This document shows positions 1 through 9,631 of a stretch of DNA of 19,819 nucleotides, one piece after another. A model generated the notes under the pieces. That model made no database searches, was not told where the DNA came from, and saw nothing but the letters and a program-made list of their open reading frames with translations. Origin of the DNA: an uncultured archaeon (GTDB lineage Archaea; Asgardarchaeota; Lokiarchaeia; Sigyniarchaeales; SOKP01). The stretch spans positions 1,603 through 21,421 of the forward strand of contig CAYLZE010000089.1 of NCBI GenBank assembly GCA_964388035.1, in the 5' to 3' direction. Numbering within the stretch: position 1 is the stretch's first letter; each line of letters begins with the position of its first letter. The translations under genes and the position numbers were made by a program.

Positions 1-585
1 ATTTTAATATTGGGTAGTGGGGGAGCAGTAGGGGGTTTATGTGGCATTCTCATTGGAGGCAAATGGATAGATTCACAATTTAAACGGGGAAAAATTAAAA
101 ATACCTTGTATTTTTCTATAATTTGTTTGTTTTTGCAAGTATTTCTTTATTACGTTTTAATTCTTGGAATAGATTATCCCAGCTCAATTAATCCTGACAT
201 TATCAATTTAAATCAATTTTTTCTCAATTATCCGGAATTTTATTGGTTTATATTGATATTTAATCTAACTGTGTTTTGCGCAACGCCTATTGGCACAACC
301 GTAGCTGTCTCGAGAACAAACGTAAATTTACCGGAACATCGTGGAACAGCAGGGGCTCTTTATGATTTAACCGATTTTATTGGGGCGGGATTAGGGATCA
401 TGATAGGAACTCTGATGATGCTCTTGTTTCAGAGGTATCAATTAACTATTTTTCTGGGGAGTCTATTTTGGATAATTTCTGGTGCTTTATGGATACTAAT
501 AACAATCTTCATAGAAAAGGATTTCAATAATGTCAGGTTGATTTTAAAAGAACGAGCAAAAAAGACCCAAGAAATAATTTATTAA
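1..585 (+). CDS. MFS-type transporter, C-terminal part (5' truncated by window edge)
   Basis: Frame is open from position 1. Multiple TM segments; 'GGKWID' loop and 'VNLPEHRGTAGALYDL' resemble the MFS C-terminal loop motif (P-x-x-RG-x-A). Confidence 0.75.
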   Translation: MLILGSGGAVGGLCGILIGGKWIDSQFKRGKIKNTLYFSIICLFLQVFLYYVLILGIDYPSSINPDIINLNQFFLNYPEFYWFILIFNLTVFCATPIGTTVAVSRTNVNLPEHRGTAGALYDLTDFIGAGLGIMIGTLMMLLFQRYQLTIFLGSLFWIISGALWILITIFIEKDFNNVRLILKERAKKTQEIIY

Positions 586-699
586 AGAAGTAAATTCTTT
601 TAATTATCTAAACGCTGCCCACTTTTAAAAATATATTAAAATAGTAATTGATTTTATTAAATTACATAGTTTTAAAAAACGGTACTTATTTCATGGAAC

Positions 700-1734
700 A
701 TGAAACTACTAGAATCCTTAAATAAATACAAGGGAATTATTTTAATATGTATTGGTTTTAGTATTCGAATCTTAATGTTATTGTATTATTATTATACACA
801 TTGTATTGATCCATTAAGGTCTTGGGGTGATGTGGGATTAAATTTTCGTAACATAATCTATTATCCTCTCTTAACCACTTGGTTTTTAGAGATTTTCGTT
901 TTGATTTCATTTGGTTCCATAGAAATCTTTGCATTTTGGGCTTTTTTTTGGGAGCTTTTTACTAGTATTTTATTTTACTTTGTTCTTAAAAGGTTTGAGA
1001 TTGAACGAATTAAATTTATTTACGGATTATACCTTTTGAATCCTTTTCTCTTTTTGAACAACGTTTTTAGTTCTATAAACTGTGGATATCATATTACAGA
1101 TTCTTTTTTCTTTTTATTTTTTTTTTTAGCTCTAATTTTTTATCCTAAAAAAGGAGATGACAATAAATATCTTTTTTTTATATTTTTGGGGTTCTCCATG
1201 GTCTCTAAATATTATACATTACCGGCTCTGGGATTTCTCTTTATTAAAATGCTATATGATAAAAATTGGAAAGATATAAAGCAATTAATCCTTACAATTT
1301 CACCCATATTAGCAGGTTTTTTTCTTATTCCCTTATTAATTGCTCCTAAATATGGAAATGAATTAATGCAATGGTATCAAATTGGATCAGAAACTCCATT
1401 TTATCTGAGAATTATTCCCGCGATAATAATTTTAGCTTTATTTTTAGTATTTCGAATTAAAAAAGCAGATCTGCTTGAGATAATAATAGTATTTTCCATA
1501 ATGGCAATGGGGACGTTCATGTTTTTCAGTTATCCTTACTTAAGATGGTTTCAAAGCATTATTTTTTTCGGAATATTGAAATCCAAAACGTTCTATACCT
1601 TGAATTTGAATTTAAAATTTGTCCAATTTAAAATCAAAATTGATAATAATATCCTAACCTTCTTATTATCTTTTCTGGGTGTACTCTTATCTTACTTAAT
1701 GATTATTTTTATATTAAATCCCGGGTTTGTTTAG
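700..1734 (+). CDS. Polytopic membrane protein, GT-C-fold glycosyltransferase-like (GT87/PIG-M-like)
   Basis: 344 aa, many TM helices. First loop has an Asp followed by YYPL, then 'LLNPF' and 'SKYYTLP', an arrangement typical of GT-C enzymes. Family assigned by eye. Confidence 0.5.
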   Translation: MKLLESLNKYKGIILICIGFSIRILMLLYYYYTHCIDPLRSWGDVGLNFRNIIYYPLLTTWFLEIFVLISFGSIEIFAFWAFFWELFTSILFYFVLKRFEIERIKFIYGLYLLNPFLFLNNVFSSINCGYHITDSFFFLFFFLALIFYPKKGDDNKYLFFIFLGFSMVSKYYTLPALGFLFIKMLYDKNWKDIKQLILTISPILAGFFLIPLLIAPKYGNELMQWYQIGSETPFYLRIIPAIIILALFLVFRIKKADLLEIIIVFSIMAMGTFMFFSYPYLRWFQSIIFFGILKSKTFYTLNLNLKFVQFKIKIDNNILTFLLSFLGVLLSYLMIIFILNPGFV

Positions 1735-1817
1735 ATTGTAGTTTAATCAAATCTAAAGTTTTTATCTTTTTTCCATTGTATCTATCCTAAATTTAAATTG
1801 AATTCTTTACCAATAAA

Positions 1818-3104
1818 ATGACGACAAGTAATACAAATAAAGTCGAATTAATGGCACCCGCTCGTAATTTTAAAACTATAAAAGCAATAGTTAATCATGC
1901 CGATTCCGTTTATTTTGGAATAAAACGGTTTAACATGCGGATGAAAACTGAAAACATCGATATAGAAGATCTATCCAAAGTAACTACATTTTGCCATGAT
2001 AATCATTTAAAATGCTATCTCGCTACTAATATTTTGGTTTACGATAATGAATTAACCGATATTAGAGAAATATTGTTCAAAGCAAATGATGCAGAAATTG
2101 ATGCTGTTATCGTCAATGATCTTGCTGTTTTAGAAATGGCACGAGATATCGGTATTCCCTTCCATATTTCCACCCAGTGTAATGTATCTAACTCAATCGC
2201 AGCAAAATTCTATGAGAATTTGGGGGCTGATAGAATCGTATTAGCAAGGGAATTATCCTTAGAAAAAGTAAAGGAAGTAAAAAGAAATTTAAATAAAACA
2301 GGAATTGAAGTTTTCGTTCACGGAGCCATGTGCACATCCGTGAGTGGGCGGTGTTATTTTTCACAAGATATTTGTGGTTCTGAAGAAAAATCAGCAAATA
2401 GAGGTAATTGTACTCAGCCTTGTAGAAGACGATGGTGGCTAAAAGAAGAATCAGGTCAAGAATATATTTACGATGGTGTACGATTTCTTAATTCTAGAGA
2501 TTTATGCACAATTGCTTATATTCCTAAATTAATCGAAGCGAATATAGATGCCTTTAAAATTGAAGGAAGAATGAAACATCCCCATTATGTTGAGACTGTT
2601 ACTGCAACTTATCGTGAGGCCATAGAGGCATATTATAATAACAATTTTACAGAAGCACAAGTAGGACGTTGGGTAACTACACTTAAGAAAGTTTATAATA
2701 GAGGATTCACGCCTGGCTTCTACTTTAAGAGATGTACTCCTGAAGATCAACAACATAATTATCCTGCGAATTTGTCTCATTACAGATATATAAAGATCGG
2801 AATAATTGATAATTTCAATCCCGAAACAAAATTCGCCAACATTTCTTTGTTTAATGGTTCGTTAAAAGAGAATGATGATGTTATCATATTGGGAAGAGAG
2901 ACGAATACTTATATACACCAAAATATAAATAAATTAAGATATAAAGGGGAAATTGTAAAAAGAACTCCAAAAGCAAGTAAAAATAATATTATTAAAGCGG
3001 AATTAAAAATTTTGGATGAAAATGAAGCTCCAATCGGGAAAGGGGAAGATAAAATCTTTATATTTACCAATAAAACATATGAGAAAAAATCATATAAACT
3101 TTGA
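1818..3104 (+). CDS. Peptidase U32 family Fe-S protein (TrhP/RlhA-like RNA hydroxylation family)
   Basis: N-terminal ELMAPA; HISTQ; RELSL; HGAMC-x6-C ... NRGNCTQPCR Cys cluster; FKIEGRMK. Confidence 0.9.
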   Translation: MTTSNTNKVELMAPARNFKTIKAIVNHADSVYFGIKRFNMRMKTENIDIEDLSKVTTFCHDNHLKCYLATNILVYDNELTDIREILFKANDAEIDAVIVNDLAVLEMARDIGIPFHISTQCNVSNSIAAKFYENLGADRIVLARELSLEKVKEVKRNLNKTGIEVFVHGAMCTSVSGRCYFSQDICGSEEKSANRGNCTQPCRRRWWLKEESGQEYIYDGVRFLNSRDLCTIAYIPKLIEANIDAFKIEGRMKHPHYVETVTATYREAIEAYYNNNFTEAQVGRWVTTLKKVYNRGFTPGFYFKRCTPEDQQHNYPANLSHYRYIKIGIIDNFNPETKFANISLFNGSLKENDDVIILGRETNTYIHQNINKLRYKGEIVKRTPKASKNNIIKAELKILDENEAPIGKGEDKIFIFTNKTYEKKSYKL

Positions 3105-3123
3105 AAAGAAATAATAAAAAAAT

Positions 3124-4971
3124 TTAGAGATTTTCTAATCCTAAATTCTCTAGTTTTTCTTGATTAGGATATCCAGAGTTTGAATTAAAAGTCCTAATTT
3201 CGTAATATTTTTCTTTAAGCTGTTTGAAGTTTGGACTTTTTCCTGCTGAACCACCTTCACTCAAGGGTCGCAATAAAATAGAAGGAAGCTTTTCCATTTC
3301 TGGACTTAAGCCCATCTTGAGATTGAATAATCTTTTCATCATGTAAATTCTTTCCCCGGTCTTTTTTAATCCTTCCATATCCATCTCTATTCCCGTTGCT
3401 GTGCTTAACATGGTAAGAACCATTGAGGGAAGAGGATTACAAAATAGACAGAGAGTTAAAGCATTATAAAGACATCTATAATCATAAATAATGGCACAGG
3501 CTTTAGCCATATCCTCTCCATCATCATAACGATCAATCATTTGCATCCCAATTTCATCTAATGGTACTCCTAATAGAACCATGTACATGTCACATGCGGT
3601 ATGACAAGGACCTCGTGGGGTTCCAACCGAATAAGCAATTGCCATTCCATAAGTTTGTCTTAAATCGTGATAAGGAACTTCCATGCCTAAAGCAGTTGCT
3701 ATGGAGTCAGAAGAAATATTGAATCTCTTACCCACATTATTAGATCCTTCCGCTAGAATATCTCCAATTCCTTCCCTAAATGCAATTTTCTTGATCATTT
3801 CTAATGCAGGTTCAATATCCCCCCATAATGGATTTAAATTGTCTATTTGATCTGATGCTATCTTTTTTTCGTTAAATAGATAATAAATTAAAGCAATGGT
3901 ACCGCTACCGCTGATGGTATCAATTCCATAATCATTACATAATTCATTAGCTTTTACTATTGAACCTAGATTTTCATTTAGGATCATGGAGCCAAACCCT
4001 GCGAGGGTTTCATATTCAGGGGCTTCTATTTCATTATCCATCTTATATTTTCCTTCTCTTACCATTGCTTTTTTAGCGCAACCAATGGGACATGAAAAGC
4101 AAGGATAATTTTTAGTAAATATTTTTTCTGAAGCTGTAGCACCGGATATGTTATATGCCCCGTCCCATGTACCTAAAGTCCAATATTTTATCGGTAATTC
4201 TCCTTCAGCATTGAATTTATCCAATCCACCTGCGGTACCTAATATCCCAAACATTTGAGTAGCAAAAGATGCTTGTACATTTTCAATAGCTATTTTTACC
4301 GCTTCTTTAAATCCTTCGGGATCTGCGGCCTCATATTGTCTCTTTTTTCCTTTCACTACAATGGCTTTTAATTTTTTCGACCCCATAACCGCCCCCATCC
4401 CTGTTCTTCCCGCTGCTTTTTCTTCGGATGCAATTGTTGCGTATTTCACTAAATTTTCTCCTGCTTGCCCAATACAAGCAATTCTTACTAAATCTGAACC
4501 ATATTTTTCTTTTAAAATGGTTGAGGTTTCAAAGACGCCCTTTCCCCATAAAAAGGAGGCATCTTGAATCTTGGGTCCATCTTCGGTTATCTCTATGTAA
4601 ACCGGGTCACTAGAACTTCCCATTATTATAATACCATCATATCCTGTTTTCTTAAGCTCTGGTCCAAAAAATCCGCCACAACTAGATTCCCCCCATAATC
4701 CCGTATAAGGACTTTTGGAACAGATATTGAATCTACCACTTGTAGGTGCATTGGAGCCACATAGAGGACCTGTCATGAACATTAAAATATTTTCGGGAGA
4801 TAATGGATCGGTATCTTTCTCAATATGATCATATAAATATCGAACAGCATAGCCCGCGGCTCCCAAAAATTTTTTTGCAATATCTTGATTTAAGGATTCT
4901 TCCAAAATTTCTTTTTTAGTCAAATCTATTTTTAAAATTTTACCCACAAATCCTTTCAAAGTCATAATCAT
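3124..4971 (-). CDS. aor: Tungsten/molybdenum aldehyde:ferredoxin oxidoreductase family protein
   Basis: GKILKIDL, DPLSPEN, KSPYTG, AAGRTGMGAVMGSKKLKAI, CFSCPIGC Fe-S motif, EYET, GIDTIS. Confidence 0.93.
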   Translation of the reverse strand: MIMTLKGFVGKILKIDLTKKEILEESLNQDIAKKFLGAAGYAVRYLYDHIEKDTDPLSPENILMFMTGPLCGSNAPTSGRFNICSKSPYTGLWGESSCGGFFGPELKKTGYDGIIIMGSSSDPVYIEITEDGPKIQDASFLWGKGVFETSTILKEKYGSDLVRIACIGQAGENLVKYATIASEEKAAGRTGMGAVMGSKKLKAIVVKGKKRQYEAADPEGFKEAVKIAIENVQASFATQMFGILGTAGGLDKFNAEGELPIKYWTLGTWDGAYNISGATASEKIFTKNYPCFSCPIGCAKKAMVREGKYKMDNEIEAPEYETLAGFGSMILNENLGSIVKANELCNDYGIDTISGSGTIALIYYLFNEKKIASDQIDNLNPLWGDIEPALEMIKKIAFREGIGDILAEGSNNVGKRFNISSDSIATALGMEVPYHDLRQTYGMAIAYSVGTPRGPCHTACDMYMVLLGVPLDEIGMQMIDRYDDGEDMAKACAIIYDYRCLYNALTLCLFCNPLPSMVLTMLSTATGIEMDMEGLKKTGERIYMMKRLFNLKMGLSPEMEKLPSILLRPLSEGGSAGKSPNFKQLKEKYYEIRTFNSNSGYPNQEKLENLGLENL

Positions 4972-5094
4972 CTCATTTAATTCTTATTGATATAATAAAG
5001 AAAAATATGAATTCTTATTTATTTATAATTGAAATTGTTTTTTTCACATATTAAGGGAATTATAATTGATAAGGAGGGATGTAGTTAAAAATTC

Positions 5095-6825
5095 CTATTT
5101 GAATATTTTTACTCCCCTTTCAGATAATTTGGATAAAAAGTCGGGAAATTGATTAAATTCATTTTTTTCAACATTAATAAACTTTATAGAAGCATGCTTT
5201 TCTAAATCTGGTAAATCTGCTAAATTATTGCTTCTAAGAAATAAATATTTTAATGACTTCATTTTTTTGATTGATTGAGGAATTTCTGTTAGCAAGTTAT
5301 TTCCTAAATATAAATATTTCAATTGTTTTAATTCACCAATAGAATAGGGAAGGGTCCTTAATTGATTATAATATAGATATAATTGCTTTAGTGATCTCAA
5401 GGAGCCAATCTCTTCGGGAACTTCAATTAAATTATTTTTTCCGATATCCAATATTTCTAAAAACTGCAAGGAACCAATGGAACTTGGGATGGTTTCTAAA
5501 TTGTTGAATCCCATCATAAAATTTCTCAAAAATTTTAAATTACCGATAGATTCGGGAATTTGAGTTAATTCATTATTGCTTAAATCTAATTCTCTAATCG
5601 TTGTTATATTTCCAATGGAGTCCGGCAACTGTTTCAACTCATTTTTACTTAAATCCAAAATCTCCAGACTACTTAATTTACCAATCGAATCAGGCAGAAT
5701 CTCTAATTTATTATCATATAAATCAAGTTCTATTAAGGATGAAAGATTTCCGATTGTTTCAGGTAATTTGGTTAAACTGTTTCTATCTAATGCAAGAAGA
5801 GTCAGAGATTTTAAATTTCCGATTGTATCTGGAACATTTTCTAGTTGATTCATATCTAACATTAATCTATTGAGTAAAGTTAAATTTCCAATAGAGATGG
5901 GCAACGCTACTAAATTATTTTTAGATGCTTCTAATCGTTTTAGTAATGTCAAGTTCCCTATTGATTCAGGAAGGGAACTTAGGTTATTCATGCTTATGCT
6001 GAGATTTTCCAAATTATACAAATTACCTATTGCCTCTGGTAGTTCCGTTAAATTATTTTGATTCAATCCTAAGTAATTTAATTTTTGTAAGTTACCTATA
6101 GATTCGGGTAATTGAGTAATCTGATTATTTTTTAAAAAGAGGGAATGCAGAGAGGAAAGCGAACTTATAGATGATGGTAATGTTGAAATTTGATTATTTC
6201 TCACATTCAATCGTTTAAGGGATTTCAGAGAATTGAGGTATTCGGGAAGATAGGTTAATCGATTATTTCCTAAATAAAGGATTTCCAAGGATTCTAATGA
6301 AGTTATTTCTTCCGAAAGTTCTGTAATATTGTTTGAGCTAAGATCTAATAGTTTTAATGATCTATAATGTTTTATAACTGGAGGAATTTTATCGAATTGA
6401 TTTTCACTTAAGTCTAATATTTCCAAACTTGAAAGATTTTTTAATGATTCAGGTAATTCTTTAAGTATGTTCGATTCCAAATTAAGCTCTTTTAGAGATT
6501 GAAACGAAGAAATGTTATCTGGAATTTCGCTTATATTATTTCCGCTAAGATCTAAGATTTTTAAATTTAAATGGGATGGAATATCTCTTTCATTTAAGAT
6601 AATTTCATTACCTCTTAGGAATAATTCTTGCAATCCAGAAAAGGATTCAAGATATTTTGGAAAGATTCTAAGCCCGCAATAAAACAGACTTAATCCCTGA
6701 ACATAATTATTTTCAATTCTATATCCTATGATTTGAGGATTTAATATCTCTAATTTTGGAATAGGACGATGAATTAATCTTTCCATGGATCGTAAAATTG
6801 TATCCTCTTCCTTTGGTATTTCCAT
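5095..6825 (-). CDS. Leucine-rich repeat protein (about 22 repeats, mostly 23 aa)
   Basis: Tandem LxxLxLxxNxLxxLPxxIGxL units across nearly the whole 576 aa; no other domain visible. Confidence 0.95.
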   Translation of the reverse strand: MEIPKEEDTILRSMERLIHRPIPKLEILNPQIIGYRIENNYVQGLSLFYCGLRIFPKYLESFSGLQELFLRGNEIILNERDIPSHLNLKILDLSGNNISEIPDNISSFQSLKELNLESNILKELPESLKNLSSLEILDLSENQFDKIPPVIKHYRSLKLLDLSSNNITELSEEITSLESLEILYLGNNRLTYLPEYLNSLKSLKRLNVRNNQISTLPSSISSLSSLHSLFLKNNQITQLPESIGNLQKLNYLGLNQNNLTELPEAIGNLYNLENLSISMNNLSSLPESIGNLTLLKRLEASKNNLVALPISIGNLTLLNRLMLDMNQLENVPDTIGNLKSLTLLALDRNSLTKLPETIGNLSSLIELDLYDNKLEILPDSIGKLSSLEILDLSKNELKQLPDSIGNITTIRELDLSNNELTQIPESIGNLKFLRNFMMGFNNLETIPSSIGSLQFLEILDIGKNNLIEVPEEIGSLRSLKQLYLYYNQLRTLPYSIGELKQLKYLYLGNNLLTEIPQSIKKMKSLKYLFLRSNNLADLPDLEKHASIKFINVEKNEFNQFPDFLSKLSERGVKIFK

Positions 6826-7130
6826 TATCTATTCCTGATTTAATTATTGAATAATTTTTTTTAATCTTGCTTTTGATGTTCTACAAAGTTTATAATTCTA
6901 GAAATAATTAAAAACGTATGATTAAGATAGATTTAATAACTTAATCTTCGATATAAGAGAAGATATTATTTTTTCATCTTAATGTTTAGTAAAAAAATTA
7001 AATTTTAAATCTTTTTTTAGAAAATATTAGTTAGTATTAACTAAATAAAATTATTATGTTAAGCTATATAATATTGAACACAAGTATAAAGATTTTTTTT
7101 ATATTAAAGATTTAAAAATAGGTGAATTTA

Positions 7131-7541
7131 ATGGAAGAATCAGAGAAGGAAAACTTATATCAAACCTTTAAAGCTGTAATTGATTCCATCATCATTGATA
7201 AAAGACGTAATCCAAAAAACTTGAAGTTATTAAATGATTTAAAAGCAAAGGTGAATTTAGGTCTTCAAATTGAAAAGGATTTTTTTTTATGGGTTAATTT
7301 AACTGCTGAAAAGGACCAATTTAATTTAGAAAAAGGGAAGCTGGAAGATTACGATCTGGAATTGATGGCTGACCCCGAAGATTTATTGTATTTTTCTAAT
7401 AGAGAATATTCTATTTTAAAAATGCTTTTTAAAAAGAATAAATTTGGCTTTCGAAAATTGAGATTCAATAAAGGAACCACGGGACGAAATCTAGGATTAT
7501 TACTTAAATTACCTAAAATTCTGGTGTTAGATAAGGTATAG
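7131..7541 (+). CDS. Hypothetical protein, probable SCP2-like (sterol carrier/lipid-binding) fold
   Basis: Motif order 'VNL..EKGKLEDYDLELMADPEDLL...LKML...KLRF...NLGLLLKL' matches SCP2 topology. ATG 7131 preferred over GTG 7122 because SD-like AGGTGA lies 5 nt upstream. Confidence 0.5.
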   Translation: MEESEKENLYQTFKAVIDSIIIDKRRNPKNLKLLNDLKAKVNLGLQIEKDFFLWVNLTAEKDQFNLEKGKLEDYDLELMADPEDLLYFSNREYSILKMLFKKNKFGFRKLRFNKGTTGRNLGLLLKLPKILVLDKV

Positions 7542-7585
7542 TTAAAGAAAAAGAGAGAAATTACAATTGAAGAATATTTATGAAT

Positions 7586-8713
7586 TTAACTAATTTTTTT
7601 TAATCTTAATTCTGATATCACATCAGTTAATACTTTTAACATCTCTTCAAGATCTTTTATTTGAATATCTCCCATATGCCCGATTCTAAAGGTTTTATTT
7701 GCTAAATTGCCATACCCATTAGTTATGCGGTAGCCTTTTTCCAACATTATTTTAACCATTTCAGCAAAATCGATTTGAATGGTATTTTTCATGGTAGAAA
7801 CAGTATTTGATTCAAAATTCTTCTCAGAGAACATTTCTAAGAGCATATCTCGCGCCCATATTCTTGTTCGTTTTCCCAATCTCTCATGTCTCTCAAATCT
7901 TTTTTCTAATCCTTCCTCATTAAAAATAAAATCCAATTGCGTGATTAATCCTCTTATCTGAGGAATAGGGGGTGTATTTGGAGTTTGATGCTGAGCATTT
8001 TTTTTTACATACGTAAGAAAATCAAAATAATGTCCTCTATTCTTAACATTTTTTGCTTTTTCGATAGCTCTTTCAGAAACTGAACATACGGATAATCCGG
8101 GAGGTAGAGATAAACACTTTTGTACAGAAGCTAAACATACGTCAACATTCAATTTATCAACTTCAATTTTCACTCCAGCCATTGAGGAGGTAGCATCAAC
8201 ACAAGCAAGTGCTCCATAATTCTTTATAATAGGAAGGAGATCATAAATTGGATTGTATACTCCCGTAGAAGTTTCGTTAGATTGAAGAAATACTACTGCA
8301 TATTTATCCCTTGATAAGACCTCTTCTACAATGCTTGGTTTTAAAGCTTTACCCCATTCTACACTTTCCTTGACCCCATTCCTTCCATTATCGATTGCCA
8401 CTTCATACCATCTATCTCCAAATGCACCTATTGATAAGAAAAGTCCTTTTTCATCTTTATTAAGTAAATTCGTAACACATGCTTCCATGATCCCCGTTGC
8501 GCTAGAACTAAATAAAAAGCAATTAGCATTAGTGAACAATAATTTTTGAAGCCCTTCTACTGCTATTTGATGCATCTCTTCATATGCTTTAGATCTATGC
8601 GTATCATTTGGCTTAGCCATCTCCTTAAGTATTCGTTCTGAAACTTGAACAGGTCCAGGAGTGAACAATTTCAATTGCGAGCCTTCTTCTTTATTAAAGT
8701 GAATGTTTGACAT
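7586..8713 (-). CDS. PLP-dependent class V aminotransferase (alanine/serine-glyoxylate aminotransferase family)
   Basis: LFTPGP, HRS, NETSTGV, VDATSS, SVQK (PLP Lys) CLSLPPGL, FRIGHMG. Confidence 0.92.
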   Translation of the reverse strand: MSNIHFNKEEGSQLKLFTPGPVQVSERILKEMAKPNDTHRSKAYEEMHQIAVEGLQKLLFTNANCFLFSSSATGIMEACVTNLLNKDEKGLFLSIGAFGDRWYEVAIDNGRNGVKESVEWGKALKPSIVEEVLSRDKYAVVFLQSNETSTGVYNPIYDLLPIIKNYGALACVDATSSMAGVKIEVDKLNVDVCLASVQKCLSLPPGLSVCSVSERAIEKAKNVKNRGHYFDFLTYVKKNAQHQTPNTPPIPQIRGLITQLDFIFNEEGLEKRFERHERLGKRTRIWARDMLLEMFSEKNFESNTVSTMKNTIQIDFAEMVKIMLEKGYRITNGYGNLANKTFRIGHMGDIQIKDLEEMLKVLTDVISELRLKKIS

Positions 8714-9001
8714 GATTATTGATTAGAGAAAAGGAATTATGGGATATATACTTTATTTATCTCCTTTAAGGAACTTTTCAGTTAATAGAGAATTAGAATC
8801 ACTTTTCTGAACTTCCATTTTGAAATAAAGAAATATAAAAATCAGAAACTATCAATATTAATAAGTTTCTTTAAGATTATGGCACATTTTAGACATTGTA
8901 AAGATTATTCTTATGAATTTTAACTAAGATGTTCCATTTTGGATGAAATACTAAGACTGAATAACTATTAGGATCTTAGACTTCTATTAAGTTATTTTAA
9001 T

Positions 9002-9628
9002 TTATACAACTTCCACAATATTTTTATTTAAATAGTTATAATCATGCGATCTTTCGCTTATTTTTTGCTCTTTTTTATTCAATATGAAGTGTGAAATGTG
9101 AATATTGCTCTTTTTTAACTCAATTTCCATCAAAATAAAAGACGAATTTCTCGAAGCTAAAAAAGACCATGCGCCAGTTACGCTTCCTGGATTTAATGAC
9201 AGTATTCCACTTGAAAATAAATAGACTTCTTCTTTATGAGTATGCCCAGTTATAATTATATTATAACCTTTTTCTTTGGCAAGTAATTCAATCTGAGCAT
9301 GATCTCCGCGTGGATGAATTTGGGCGCCATGTGTTAAACCAATCTTAATAGTATCTCTTTCCTTCATAGACAATACAAGTTCTTGAAATTCGGGAAGATT
9401 TTTAATTCCGCAATAAAAATCCATGTTTCCCAAAACGAAAAAAATATCGTGAAATGTTTTTTCCTGTAAAAATTGAACGATTTTTGGTGCTTCTATTAAG
9501 TCTCCTGTAAAAAAAATATAATCAAATTTAGCGGTCTCTGTTAACTTATTCAATATGCCATAAATTAATGCGGGAATTTCTATCGCTCTCTCAGGAATAT
9601 GGGAATCCCCAATAACTAATATTCGCAT
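9002..9628 (-). CDS. Metallophosphoesterase, YfcE/MJ0936/Vps29 family
   Basis: GDSHIP, TGDL, GNMD, THG, GHTH, NPGS motifs. Start is 3 nt downstream of the tyrS stop, so likely co-transcribed. Confidence 0.88.
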   Translation of the reverse strand: MRILVIGDSHIPERAIEIPALIYGILNKLTETAKFDYIFFTGDLIEAPKIVQFLQEKTFHDIFFVLGNMDFYCGIKNLPEFQELVLSMKERDTIKIGLTHGAQIHPRGDHAQIELLAKEKGYNIIITGHTHKEEVYLFSSGILSLNPGSVTGAWSFLASRNSSFILMEIELKKSNIHISHFILNKKEQKISERSHDYNYLNKNIVEVV

Positions 9629-9631
9629 GAT

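Noticed and set aside
1378-1408. AAATTGGA...TCCATTTT hairpin in the 700-1734 gene that resembles the two inserts
   Set aside because: The host ORF is open with it in place, removing 31 nt would break the frame, and it lacks the CCYTAA end and an in-frame stop.
6826-7121. TATA/BRE promoters or ncRNA in AT-rich intergenic regions (also 8714-9001, 14531-14795, 18501-18763)
   Set aside because: AT content is too high to call specific boxes; no tRNA, rRNA, CRISPR array or transposase was seen.
8760-8800. TTCCTTAA on the minus strand upstream of the aminotransferase as a possible intron end
   Set aside because: No good stem and no exon GG partner; the aminotransferase N-terminus already looks complete.
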